Position numbers and translations under genes: made by a program | From: Rhizaria sp. SCN 62-66 | Lineage: Eukaryota | DNA: 64,000 nucleotides | Assembly: GCA_001724265.1 (NCBI GenBank) | Contig: MEDY01000005.1 | Span: 124,001-188,000 of the forward strand | Direction: 5' to 3' | In this document: one piece after another, positions 48,585 through 61,022 of the stretch | Position numbering within the stretch: position 1 is the stretch's first letter | How the letters are laid out: the number at the start of each line of letters is the position of its first letter | The notes under the pieces: generated by a model | What the model was told of the DNA's origin: nothing | The model's input: only the letters and a program-made list of their open reading frames with translations | Database searches by the model: none

Positions 48585-49499
48585 TCACTGGCTCATGGCC
48601 TGCACGAGCCCGTCGCGGAGCTGCGCGGCGCGGAGCCGGACCTCCTCGTCAACGCCTTCCTCCTGCGCGGCGACGGCGAGCAGCTCGACGACGCGCGGCA
48701 GCGCGCGCCCGTCGGCCCCCACCACGACGGGGTTCTGCGCGGCCACCTGCTCGCATAGCAGCTTGTACGTCCAGTCGGCCTCGGTGTAGTCGAGCTGCAT
48801 CGGCAGCGCGGCAAGCCACAGCGCCGCGGCGTCTGCGCGCGAGAGCAGCACGGCGATGTTGCCCAGCGCGGCGGTGATGTTGTCGAGCGCGAAATGCAAC
48901 ATCTCCAGCTCGGGGTCGATGTCGCTGTTGAGGCCCAGCACGTCGTCGCCGTCGCCGTCGTCGCCCGCCGCGCCCGCCAGCCCAGCCGCGCCGCCATCGT
49001 CGTCGTCGTCATCATCGTCGTCGTCCTCATCGTCCTCGTCATCTCCGTTGCCACCGTCGCCACTGAAGGGGTGCACTGGACTGCCCGCCGCGCTGCCAGT
49101 GCCGGCCGTCGCGGCCGCGGTGTTGCGCGCGCCCGCAACAGTGAGCGCGTCGGCGCCGTAGGTGGCCTCAAGGAAGCCGCGCAACTGCTGCTGCGCGCGC
49201 ACGAGCCCCTCGACCAGATGCCCCACGACACCGCCGCCGCCGTTGCTCCCGGCCGCGCCAGCCGCGGTCTGGGCCTCCTGCTCCAAGGCCAGGAGCACGC
49301 CCGCACAGTAGCGCACGGCCACGGCGACGAGGTACGCCGCGCGCTCGACGACGGGCCCGCGCCCGTAGGCAGAGTCCTCGACGAGCCGCCCGTGCGCGAC
49401 CGAGAGCACCGCGGGCAGCACCGAGGCCAGCGCCGCCGCGCCCGCGCCGTCCGAGACCACCACGATCGGCCCCGCAGCGGCCGCCGCGGCGGAGTCAGC

Positions 49500-49533
<34 letters not shown>

Positions 49534-52500
49534 GAGGACGGCGAGGTGTGGCCGGCGGCGGCGAGGTCGTGTGCGCCAATGTGCTCAATGAGCGTGTGCA
49601 GGAACATCAAGCTGAGCCGCCGCACCTCGGGGCGCGAGCGCTCGCCGCCGGCCCAGTCGAGCACCTTGTCCATGTAGGGCGCGGCGACGGTCAGCACGGC
49701 GCCGCCGAAGACGTTGCCCAGCTGCGACACGGCCTGCAGCGCGCTCTCAGCCACCGTCTCGTCGCCGCGGTTGCGCGCAGCCAGCGTCGCGTCGGTCATA
49801 CGCGCCAGCTTCGCGCTGCCGATCGCGCCGGACGCGGCGCCGAGGACGGAGGGGTCGGCGCCGAGCGCGGCGAGCGCGGCGGCCGTGGCGTCGGCGCTCA
49901 CGCTCACGCCGCCACCGTTGCTGCGACCCTTGAGCCCCTTCTTGCCGCCCTTGACCCCGCCCGCAGCGGCGGTCTTGGCGGCCGCGGCCGCGGCGCGGCG
50001 CGCGCGCGCGACGGCGACGGCGAGCGTGCGGTCGTTGGCGACCGTGATGCGGTTGTCGGCGCACTGCATGAGCGCCTCAACGAGCGTGGCCACGGCCTCG
50101 AGGCTGCCGAAGCCCGCGGCCACGGCGTCGGGCGTCGCGGCCTCACAGAGCAGGAAGACGGCGCCAATGATGACTTGCTCGGCCTCGTCGTCCTCCTCCT
50201 TGGCCAGCGCGGTGGTCAGCAGAGAGAGCGCCTCGGTGAAGATGGCGCGGTAATCACTCTCGGTCGCCGGCTCGGCCAGCCCCGGCAGCGTCGCGGCGAG
50301 GAACACACTGCGGACTAGATCCGGCAGCAGCACGGTGGCGGTGCGCGTGAGCCGGCCCGCGTCGCCCGCCGAGCCCGCCGTAGCGGCCGACTGCTCCAGG
50401 TAGAGCGCGCATACGGCCAGTGTGGCGCGCGCGTAAGGCGCGTAAAGCTCCTTAAGCTCGGTGCAGAACGTGCTCAGCATTGACAGCAGGTTCGCCTCCT
50501 CCTCGATCGCAGTCAGCGCCAGAGACGTCGCCTTGTGAGCCGCCAGCACCGGGTTGTCGTCGTCGTCGTCAGCGCCAGCGCCGGCGCCGGCGCCCTCGCC
50601 GTCGCTGTCGCCGTCGTCGTCGTCGTCGTTGTCGGAGCCGGGGCCCGGCAGCGCGGCCTCGTTGACCTCGCCGTTCTCGTCGAACGTCACCTTCTTGAGG
50701 TTACGCGCGCCGCGGGCGGCCCCGGACCGGCGTGCACGGCGGCGGGCGGCGCGCGCCGCGCGCTCCAGCACCTGTGGCACGATGATGGGCAACAGCGGCG
50801 CAAACTCGGCGCCGACGACGGAGCACACACGCACCATCGCCATCAGCATGAACTGCGCAGTCTCGTCGTCGTGGCTGCCCGCGCTCTTGGCGTTGCGCCG
50901 CCGCAGCGCAGACCCGCCGTCAGCGCCGGCTGCGCCCGCGCTGCTGTTGCTGTTGCTGTTGGCGGCCGTGGACGAGTGCAGCGAGAGGTAGTAGTGGACG
51001 AGGTCGGTGGCGTCAGGTGCGAAAAGCTCCTTGCCGACACTGGTGCCGATGAGCGTGATGGTCTCGATCGCGCGGCACCGCAGCAGCGAAGCCTGCGACG
51101 CGTCCTCCGCGCCGGTGCTGCCGTTGCTGCCGGCGTTGTTGTTGAGCAGCAGCGCCTTGAGGACGGGGATGACGGCGCTGTAGTAGGGCGCGAAGTCCTC
51201 CTGCAGCGCCGCCGCGACGGCGCCGACAATCGCCACGGCCTCGCGGCGCACCGCGTCCAGCGGGCTCGTCTGCACCACGGTCATCGCGCGCTGCAGAATG
51301 TCCTGCGCGGAGGGCGCGAGCACACCCGCCTGGCACTCGCCGAGGAAGGAATAGAGCGCCTCACAAGCGTGCAGCTGCACCTTGGGGTGGCGCGCGTCCT
51401 CGAGCGACGTCAGTAACGGCGGAAGCACGACGGCGTGCGCGGTCGCCTGGAAGCGCGGCGCCTTGGACTCGGCGAGCCCGCGGACGGCGTCGAGCGCGGC
51501 GCAGCGCACGCGCGGGTGCGCGTCGTCGAGCGCGAGCACGATGCGCTTGAGCGGGAACTGATCCAGCGTCGCGATGTTCTGCAGCGACACAAAGCCCACC
51601 AACGCGCAGAACCGCGCGCGCCAGTCGGGCGACTCGAGCAGCCCCGTGACGGTGGGCACGACGAGCTTGCGCACAGTCAGCGCCTTAGCGACGTGCGTGA
51701 TGCGGTAGAAGGCGAACTGGCCGGCCGTGGTGTTGCCGTCGGCGTCGTCCTCGGCGACGGTGGTGTGCACACTCGTGCCCCACAGAGGGTTCTCGGGCAG
51801 GTCCATGATCATGTCGCACGACACTCCCAGCGCGGCCGACAGCAGCCCCTTGTGCTTGGTGGAGGCCAGCAGCTGAGGCGCGTGCACGATGACCGTGACC
51901 AGCAGCTCGAGCGCGAACTGCCGCAGGGCGGGCTCCAGCTGCGCGGCCGAAACCACGGCCTGCGTGGCCGCGGCCAGGGCCGAGGCGTGGGGCGTGAAGA
52001 GCGTGACGTCTTCGGGCGAGTCCGCGAGCTCGATCAGAACCTCGAAAATCTTCCTGTGGAAAGCGAGCAGCAACACAAAATGTGGGATAAAATCGCAGTT
52101 TCGGGGTGAGATGCGAAAATATGTGCAAAAATGAACATTAAAAAACAATATCTTAAGAAAATTGTACAATATCTCATCTCCACAACAAGTTCACTCTGAA
52201 TACACTCCATTTGTAAAGTTAAGACATACCTGGCGGCCCGCGAGTCACCTGCGGTGAGTGCGTTGGACAGCACGGAGAGGAAGAGCGGCACGAAGGGCTT
52301 GAGCGCGCGAGAGACCTCAGCGGGGAGGTCGCACGAGGCCAGCGCACACGAGGCGCGGACCGCGGCGACAGCGGCGGCGAGGTCGGGGGACGTGGACAGC
52401 GCTGCCGACAGCAGAGACAGCACTGGGTCGATGTGTAGCAGCAGCGAGTCGACGCACTTGTCGCACAGCGCCTCGATAAAGTACAGCGCAACGCGCAGCA

Positions 52501-53017
52501 GCAGGGCCGCGTTGGGCGCGCCGGTGCTTGAGGCAGACGCGCAGGAGAAGATGAAGGGGAACAGCTCGGGCCACTCGTCGCGGTACAGAGTCACTTCGGC
52601 GCAACGCACGACGGCGTTCTGACACGCCGTGACGAGGAACGGCGTCTGCTCCGTCAGCAGAAACTGCAGGAGCTCCGTCTTGAAGGCTGTGCGCGCGGGC
52701 AGAGAGAGGCGCGAGTAGAGGTCGACCTCGCCGCGCGCGATGTTCTGGTAAAAAAGCACGAGGATGAGGTTGCGGACCGAGGGGGAGATCTCGGTGTTGA
52801 CACCCGCGATGGGCACGACGGGGCGCAGGAGCGCAAGCATGGTAAGTACAACGCGCTCGGCCTCGTCCTCGAAGCCCGTCTCGACGGCCACGGTCGCTGC
52901 CTGGCGGTCTGCGTCCGAGGTGAATGGACTCAGGATGGACGACAGGATGCCGTTCATCTGGCCGAGCTCCACGTCGGACACGGGGGCGAAGCCCGCGCTG
53001 GCGTCCTCGGCAGACAT
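48585..53017 (-). CDS. IPO5: Importin-5/RanBP6/Pse1(Kap121)-like karyopherin beta (1418 aa; exons 53017-52230, 52053-48585)
   Basis: EWPELFPFI, DAHPRVRCAA, FQATAHAVVLP, HPKVQLHA, FAPYY, LLRCRAIETITLIGTSVGKELFAPDA, DNITAALG, WLAALPMQLDYTEA. GTATGT...CAG intron. Stop TGA. Confidence 0.88.
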
Positions 53018-53621
53018 GACAGGGGGGAGAGAAGCAGGGAAAGCCTCGGGGAAGTTTGGCTGCGAAGCAAATTGGTTTGGGGGAGAGCGGGAGCGCGAAG
53101 CTGCGACGGAGAACGAGTAAGAGCGGAGCCAGGTGAGCACAAGAAAACTGAGAATATAAGAGGCTCTTGATCGTCAACGCAAAATATGATTTTCTAAATA
53201 GGTTATATACTAGTGCTTGATCCGTGATGTTAAACGTATGTCCTACTGTGACAAGTCTAGATATCGCTTCACACCAGTTTGCGCAACGCTCTTTCGCAAT
53301 AGTTGCACAGAGGGCTTGCTCTGCTGCTTGTGCGACTGTGTTGCGACTGTGAGTTACGCTGTGTAACTCTGCAAAATCATTGCATAACTTCGCTCAGTTA
53401 CTACAAAAGGATTAGATAATGCCTAATATAACAGTAAATATAGTCTTTGTATTCACTTTTCATACTTAACTGCATTAAAACATTCACATATCCTGACAAA
53501 ACATCACTATTATACGTAGTAGTCACAGACCCAGGCCAACGTTCACACTAACACACACAATCAAAGCCACTCTGCCCCACACTCTCAATCGCACACATTC
53601 ACGGTCGCAGCCGGCTGGAGC

Positions 53622-54781
53622 TCACCAGGAGCGGCAGCACGAGTTGGCGGACTTGGCCTTCTTGGCAAAGGTCTTTGACGTGGCCGAGAGGTCTCCGGAG
53701 CGCTCCATCAGCGTCTCGAGCGTCTCGCCACTGCATGCAAAAGACAAAAGTTGGTATATATCGGCATAATCAAAACATGTAAGAGTGTGAGCACAAGGGT
53801 AAAGACTTCAATAACACATTCCAGATGAAGTTATAGTTATAAGTTGCTTTACTAAGATATACGCAGTCAAATAGTAGATATAGCGTACCGGGCCATGAGG
53901 TCCTGCATGGTGGTGTGGAGGACCTCCTTGATGTCGTCCAAGTCCTGCTGAATCTTGCAGATCTTGTCAGACTTGGGGTCCTGGTACAGCTCCAGGTCAT
54001 CCTTCATAAACTGCGGCTCCACTTCCTGGTCCTTGGTCACCTTGGTCCACTTGTCCTGTGCACGCGCAAAGCAGGGCAAACACATAAACACAATCGCGAA
54101 CAACAGCAACAAATGTTAAGTGAGAGATTGAATCACAATATTGCGTGATGACAGCTTAGAACTTTGTTCCAAGATGTGAGAAATGTCAAATAATACGAAA
54201 AATTGCGTTTCAGTTTGATGAAGGTTGATATAGAAGAGCAGTTTTGATGTAAGCAATAGATTGAGGGCGTACCTGGACCTTCTCATCGAACGTCTGCAGC
54301 GTCTTCGAGATGAGACCGAACGCGACGCGCTGCGGGTAGTCCTCGTCTGTGACAACAATGCCGGCCAGGCCGTCGTAGCGCACGTAGACGTGGATGATGA
54401 ACGGCACATCCTTCATGCCAACCGACTGCCGCGCGCCCATCTGCGTGCGCTGAACAACGGTACGGATGCCGAAGATGATGCTCTCGCGCACGGTGCCGCG
54501 CGTGAAATAACTGTACAAGTAACAAAATCAAGATTTCCAAACAATAAAGTGAGTCTAATTTACTGTATCACCGCTTAATCGGGAGATGCAATTGATATGC
54601 TCAATCTAAGGTCTGATTAGTGAAAGTGGGCAAGGGGATAGCTTGTTGTCGTTGGCGGAGAGAAGCGAATGAGCGGCGGTACGTACCTGAAAAAGTCCAT
54701 TTTCATCGCCTCAGCAAGCTTCATAGGCAGCTGGTCAGCACCGCAGTGCTTCCACACGGCCAGACAGCACATCTTGACCAT
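53622..54781 (-). CDS. YKT6: Longin R-SNARE YKT6 (202 aa; exons 54781-54687, 54510-54273, 54055-53889, 53730-53622)
   Basis: FF|SYFTRGTVRE, HVYVRYDGLAGIVVTDEDYPQRVAF, YQDPKSDKICKIQQDLDDIKEVLH...R|GETLETL...SGDLS, C-terminal NSCCRSW. Three GTACG introns. Stop TGA. Confidence 0.96.
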
Positions 54782-55538
54782 GGTGACGAGAGAAGGAGGC
54801 GGGACGAGCGCGCAGAGGAAGCAAGTTTGGGCTGTGGGAGGAGTCTGACTCGGAAGGTGCGGAAAGCTGCTATGCGGGGCAAAAAACGAAAATCGAAAAT
54901 GAAATATGAGTAAAAGCGCTCTCGGTACTATCGGATAAGTGGTAATCAAAGCATCTGGTCGAAAATTAGTGTCCCTAAAGCAGCATCGAAACGAGCTTGA
55001 TGCTGACAGTTTCAAGCTCTTCGCCACCACAGCTTGCAACTAACCTCTGCGACGTCGCCCAGCACGTTTGTGGTGAAACATAAAACCATGCAATACAACG
55101 CATATATCTGATTTCACTACACCTTGAAATGCATGATAGACTTCTGTACAAAGTTGAACTAAAGCATGAAACTTATTAGAATTGTATTCCGTGTATCATA
55201 GTGACTATAAGAGTCCGCACGCTCGCGACCATAAACGTGTCACAGACGTTCTTCTGCCAGTGCGATTGAGTTCATCGTTGTCGTTGTCACTGCTTTTCTA
55301 GTGTAACGGAGCTGCTGATGGTGTGCGAAAACCAATAACAGCATTAAAAAAATGAAAAATAATGGGTAATATGTAATCCTAAATTTTCCCTGCGGATTTG
55401 TCACAAACGTGATTGTTGCTTGCTTGAAAACGCACCGAGGGCTGTACTGCTTAACAAGTTGATTCGAGCAAAAAAAAACAGTACTGAGTATAGAGTGGAA
55501 AAATATAAATAGAGCTGAAAAGAGAGCTGTTGACGGAC

Positions 55539-57225
55539 TTAGAGGCGGTGAAAGTCCATGTCGCTCTCGTTGTTGAGCTGGACCTGCTTCTCGAGCTCAA
55601 ACAGCTTGCGCGCACTGCAAAGGGGAAACAAAAAAATGATGAAACAAAATAAAAGGAATTATGATCATGTCAGCCAAAGATTGAAGTATTAAAAACCACA
55701 AAATATGTTTTTGCGTGCGTCGTAATGCAACTCAATTGAAAACATCTTGGTCACGACAATGTCGTTACTCGCGGTACTATTGTTGCTGAGACGTACCGAG
55801 TGTGCCAGAGAAGGGCGCCGAGGTAGACTACCGCGGCAAAGGTGACCGAGGTGCTGTACATAGCGACGACGCGCTCGCGCACCCACGCGTCGAGCGCGAT
55901 GGACAGAAACGAGACAAATGGTAGCGAAATGATGTAGACGGAGATGAAGAGCGAGAACACGATGAGAATGCCCTGCTTGTCCTTGTTGCGCTCAGTGCGG
56001 ATCGTGTGCACGGCGGTGATGATGAACCACAGCGCAAAGACAAAGCCCAGTCCGATGACGACGTAGTTAAACACCTTGACGTCGGTGGGCAGCTCCGGCG
56101 CCGCAGGGTCCACGCCCAGGTAAAGCACGAACAGAGAGACGATTTGCAGCACGGCAAAGAGCACGGAGAAGCCGATGACGAGCCCGCGGTTGGGCAGCGA
56201 GGCGCGGGAGATGGTCCAGCCCGAGGCGATGAGGATGAGCACCATGATGAAGACGACCCGAGTGGCGACGTCCAAAATATCACCGAGGAGCTCAATCAGC
56301 GGCGCGCCGTAGCCGTCGTAGGCGAGGGAGGTAAAGTGCGCCGTATGGAGCAGGTTGGCAATGAACTGCAGCGCGACGACGTAGAGGTTGAGCCGCATCA
56401 GCGGGTGCAGGAACGTGAGCGCGCGCGTCGACTTGACCGTGTTGTAGATGGTCGCGGCCAGTAGCCCCACGGAGAGCAGGAGAAAGACAATATAAAAGGT
56501 GTTAAGGCCGTCGTTGTTGACGCCCAGCTCGCGCGACCACGAGTCGGCGTCGCGGTAAAAGTGCGCCTTGTATTCGATCGCGCCGTAGCCACGGCAGTTG
56601 ATGATCACCAGGTAGTGGAAGCGGCGGCGCGTGCCACCGGGGATGGGCAGCGTGATGTGCGGACCGTTGGACATTGTGCCGTTGGTGTCAAAGCGCGCCG
56701 TAACGCCGTCCAGCAGCGGCTTCATTTCGCACGGCTGCGTGTGGTAAAACTCGGGGTAGTCGTTCTCGTGGTCACTCGGCGCAGTCACGAACACAGTCAG
56801 GTTGCCAGGGGAATACTTGTCCGCGGTGAGCGCGGTGAGCTCGATGTCAATCCAGCCAACCGTGTGGTGGCCCTCCGACACGGGCACGGGGTTCGCGTCG
56901 AAGGCGAACTTGCCGAGGAAGTCGTAGCCCTCGGAGTTGCTCGCGGTGCCCGTCTGTTGTGGGGTGGCGGTGAGAGGCATTTAATGAAGTGGATTTCGGT
57001 GTAAGTTGTTGAGATGACAAAAAAGATTGAGTTATTAGTATCTCTAGATCAGATGTTGGTGATGGGAAAAGATTTTTTGTTGAAGGAACGATTAGAATGC
57101 AGAAGCGGGGGAAACGAGCAAAGGGAGGATATGCTGAAGAGGTGGGCTCGTACCATGATCTCGGAGAGGGCTCCGGTGAAGAGGATAGAAAGTGCCAAAA
57201 AGGCAACAAGAATAACAGAGCGCAT
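55539..57225 (-). CDS. TMEM145/GPR180 (GOST/intimal-thickness-receptor-like) 7-TM protein (434 aa; exons 57225-57154, 56953-55797, 55614-55539)
   Basis: Signal peptide MRSVILVAFLALSILFTGALS; YDFLGKFAF; RRFHYLVIINC; about seven hydrophobic helices including AYDGYG and LILIASGWTI. Two GTACG introns. Stop TAA. Confidence 0.85.
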
Positions 57226-57596
57226 TCTTTTCGTAACACAAGTTTGTTCCCGGGTTGACGATCAGCTCTCAGAAGTCGGCTCTGAAAAGTTTGCCGCAGC
57301 TCTTGCGAGCCGGGGTGGTGCCAGCCCAGCTGCGGTGAGCTCGTCGAGCGATAGGTCAGTCGGAGCATTCCCCGTAGACTGCATTCCCGTCGTCAGCTCG
57401 AACTTTTGTTTGAATATCGTGATAAAAGCGCGATAAAATACTTGCGTTTATTTTTTCACGCTGCAGCATCTCCGTTACGCCTCTTCCAACCTCACACCCT
57501 CCACCCCACCAACCGTCCCCCTTTGATTGCATCTCATTCACCCCCGCCTGTCCTCTGCCTCTCCCCCCTGCGCGCATAGTTCCCACTCTTCCCATC

Positions 57597-57758
57597 ATGG
57601 CCGTCTCCACCACCGGTCCTTCCGTTGTCAAGCGCACGCAGATCCTCGCCGTCGTCATGGCCATCTACGTCGCCGTGCTCATCTCGCTCGGCGTCGCCAC
57701 CTACTACATCCGTAACGCGCCCGCCTCCACCCCTATCCGCGACGCAGACAAGTACTAA
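57597..57758 (+). CDS. 53-aa single-pass membrane microprotein (MAVSTTGPSVVKRTQILAVVMAIYVAVLISLGVATYYIRNAPASTPIRDADKY)
   Basis: Below the ORF-track length cutoff. C/G-ending codons like neighbouring housekeeping genes, pyrimidine-rich leader, one ~22-aa hydrophobic helix, TAA stop. Confidence 0.7.
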   Translation: MAVSTTGPSVVKRTQILAVVMAIYVAVLISLGVATYYIRNAPASTPIRDADKY

Positions 57759-59565
57759 GCTTACGAAGCGACGCGCACCGCGCTTTCGATCGCAAAACGT
57801 GTCCGCAAAACGCGCTAGCACGCATTCGACGGCCTGCAATGAGTCCATGCGAGTTGCAACGTTCGCAGCTGTTTCGCAAGTTCAAACCACGACTCTGCCT
57901 CTGCACCGCTCCGCTGTGCTTCTGAACAGACACAACGCTGCACTGCAACACTACTGCTAACAATAACTGCTTTATCGCGGGCATATTGCGGCCGCACGAC
58001 GACAACTGCCCTCTCCAGAGCGCCTCACGGTGGGGAAACGCCGCCCCAGTGGCTGATGCTTGGCTCGGTTGTTTCTCGAGACCGCGATCACCCTCATTTT
58101 GTTCTAGTGACCGTGATTTCATGCAGAATGTCGACTGACACGTTTTCTTTGACTATATTAGTTTCGTAAGTTGTCATTTCTCCTCTATCTATCTCCGATT
58201 TTTTTATAGTCCAACCAATCTCACACGACAACACCTGTTGTGCTGAGCTCAGCCTTTTCTGTGTTGTGACGTGTGGTCTGTGCATACATGTGAGTGCAGA
58301 CACGCGCACAAGCTTGCTGTGAGTCTTGCTCGACTTTCTTTGGCTCCTGCCCTCCTGAAGTGACTCTTGTCTGTGACGGTATGTGCAGCGAGTCTGTGGT
58401 GAATGTGACTTTTCTTAATTCTTTCAACTGCCGTTTGCTTGCTCACTTGAACAAGAGACTCGAGTTCAAGCTTCGTCCCTCTAAACACCCCTGATACATT
58501 AGCTTCTTAGACTGATTTTTGTTCGACCGAAGTCCTCGATCTCTTTGAACTCCCGACTCGGTTATCTGCTTTGTGCGTCAAGTAGGCGTTGCGAATAGTG
58601 TACTTGACGGTGAGTTGCCCTTTATTTTGAAGAATATCAAGTATAAAAGCAGAAGATGCATAAACTATTTTAATAACTTTCCAATTGTGATTTTATTAAA
58701 ATATTTGTTGGGTCTTTAACTGAAACAGAGGGCAAATTAAATTTTAAGTTTTGTGATATATTTTATTCTCTATAAGAATATAAAATTTTGGTTGCGTGAC
58801 TCATTTTTCAATATAAAGACGTATGTTTCGCAATATATATTGTTTTAGATACAGATTTCATTCAAGTTAAATGTATCCTCATAATGTTTACATATGGTTT
58901 TAGTATTTTTGCTTCGGTTTTAGTCGATATTGAGCCATATTGTTGTTAGAGGTGATTTTTCAAGTGGTGTCATCGAATATGATGCGATCAGTATGACAAA
59001 GTAGATCAACATAGTTGCAACAAAGCACTTAATATATGAATTAAATGCCAGAAAACACACTTAAAAGTCGATATTTTATGAGCCAGATTTCTATTTCCAC
59101 TTGAATAAACAAGAAATCATCTCCAGTTACACACGTTGCACTCGGTTACTTCGTGGGTTACAAAACGTCAGACTAGGACAAACAACTCTCATCATGCCAA
59201 CAATATTGCGTCGATAGAACGTCGTGTAATAAGTGTGACACAAGCTGTGGGAGTTGTTGCGTAGGAGACCCGTGACTGTAGGAGTGCTACTGCAATCGTT
59301 GTGACAGCGTTCTCAGATGACAACAACATAGCGGCAACGACAGTTAGGACGCTAATGCACTCGTAGGAGCACTCGATACTAGTACAGTACTAGTATGTGA
59401 TCCGCACTTAATAATGTTCATGGAGCGCGGGCGACTGGAGTGAGACGCATTCGGCCGCGGGGATGGCTCATCACAAGCCGGGAGAAAAGCGTTGTGACCA
59501 AAAGAAAAGTGTTAGATGCGTAAGTGTTAGATGCGTTGCGATAGGGTGGACCGAAACGGACGCGT

Positions 59566-59576
59566 AAAAAAAAAAA
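59566..59576 (-). terminator. RNA polymerase III oligo-T terminator of the tRNA gene
   Basis: A-run on the plus strand (T-run on minus) about 5 nt downstream of the tRNA discriminator base. Confidence 0.8.
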
Positions 59577-59581
59577 GAGGG

Positions 59582-59654
59582 AGCTCTCGGCGGGGATCGA
59601 ACCCGCGACATTCGGCTTCGAAGGCCGACGGAGTAACCACTCTCCTACAAGAGC
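59582..59654 (-). tRNA. tRNA-Arg, anticodon TCG, intronless
   Basis: Cloverleaf GCTCTTG-TA-GGAG(AGTGGTTA)CTCC-G-TCGGC(CT TCG AA)GCCGA-ATGTC-GCGGG(TTCGATC)CCCGC-CGAGAGC-T. Confidence 0.93.
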
Positions 59655-61022
59655 TTGCTAACGTTGTTACCAGAATGCGAGATGCAAAAATGAGAATTTG
59701 CATCAATTGCAAAGCGGAATCAACCTTCAAGCAGACCTTTAGGCGAAATTTGTGTTACTAATATGTCAACTTACACTGGCCAATCATCCTGAGGCATGTC
59801 CAAACCGAGTCTGATCAATCAAAGTTACGACATGAAACATCGTTTTATGAAGCCAACATTTGATTATATTAAATTTTATCATATAATTAATGCATGCAAT
59901 TTCTAGCACTTCTTAACATCGAGTTTTTCCCGAAGATCTACGTCCTCAAAACTAGAGGACCTTCAGTCGAATCGGCGTGTGATATCTTTCATTGTATCCG
60001 GGCCAATGTAGCTTCAGAGCGGTGCCGAAAGTAGTGAAAAGGTATCCATTCTTTTGCGAGCATAATTTACGATCAAACTGGCCTTTTCGAAGTGTGTTAC
60101 ATTACACGACCGGTACACGGAGGGAGACGCCACCTGTGTCCGTTGGTGTTGGTGTTGGCGAGTGCAAAGGCAGTGTTATTCGAGTTCTGACTCTCACGGC
60201 TGCATTTTTACCGTATCTGATCAATATCATGCGCATTATTCGATCTCAGCATTGTCTGTATCACCAAAGATTTCAAATGAGCGCGACTGTTGACATTAAG
60301 GAACGCCCTCTGTACGTAAGACGGCTGTCCCTTGCACGATGCTGTAGCGACAGTGCTTTTGTGCAGAATGTCGGGCGTGACAGTGTCACCATGATCACAG
60401 CAATGGCTACCCACAACTAGATAGCAGCATACATATGAGCGCTGTATTTTTCACTTTGAAAGGGTGGCCTCGCGCGTTAAAAATGACGATAAGTTCAAGT
60501 TCATTCGAGATGGAGATGTTACGCTAATCAATATTTGACAGTTATGATAAGAACACCAACAGTTACATACAGATACAAAGAGAAAGAAAAGAGCGACTAC
60601 GCAAAGTGGGGAGTCGCATACCAGTGTTTAAAAAGCCAACGAAGTCTATCCTCACAAAACGTACACAACAGAGAACAAAATACAATGTGATGCGAAGAAG
60701 AGCGAAACTAACTAAAGTAAAAAAAAGAGAACAGAAAGAAGAACAAAACAGGCAAATCAAAAACATACGCTCTGTGTAAAAGAGGAACACTGTTGTTGGA
60801 GTAACCCTCACACTATTCGTGCCTTGATAGAATCACATCAAGGGCACAACACGCAATGTTCATAGAGTCTATGTGCTTGCGTCGTTAACGATGACGCAGA
60901 CGCAAACACACAGACACTGCCAGAGATGAATTTATACACAAAATGAAACGCAAAAACAAAAACAGACAGTCACTTTAATTTGCGAAAGTACTTTTACGTT
61001 CCAACCCGTTTCGCTTCGTGTC

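Noticed and set aside
59582-59654. tRNA as the UAG-decoding (CUA) tRNA
   Set aside because: The anticodon loop reads CT-TCG-AA, i.e. Arg(TCG). No CTA-anticodon tRNA was seen in this window.
59992-60420. 142-aa ORF ending in TAG
   Set aside because: No ATG at its start, no coding bias and no recognisable motif, so it is not counted as a gene or as a TAG-terminated counter-example.
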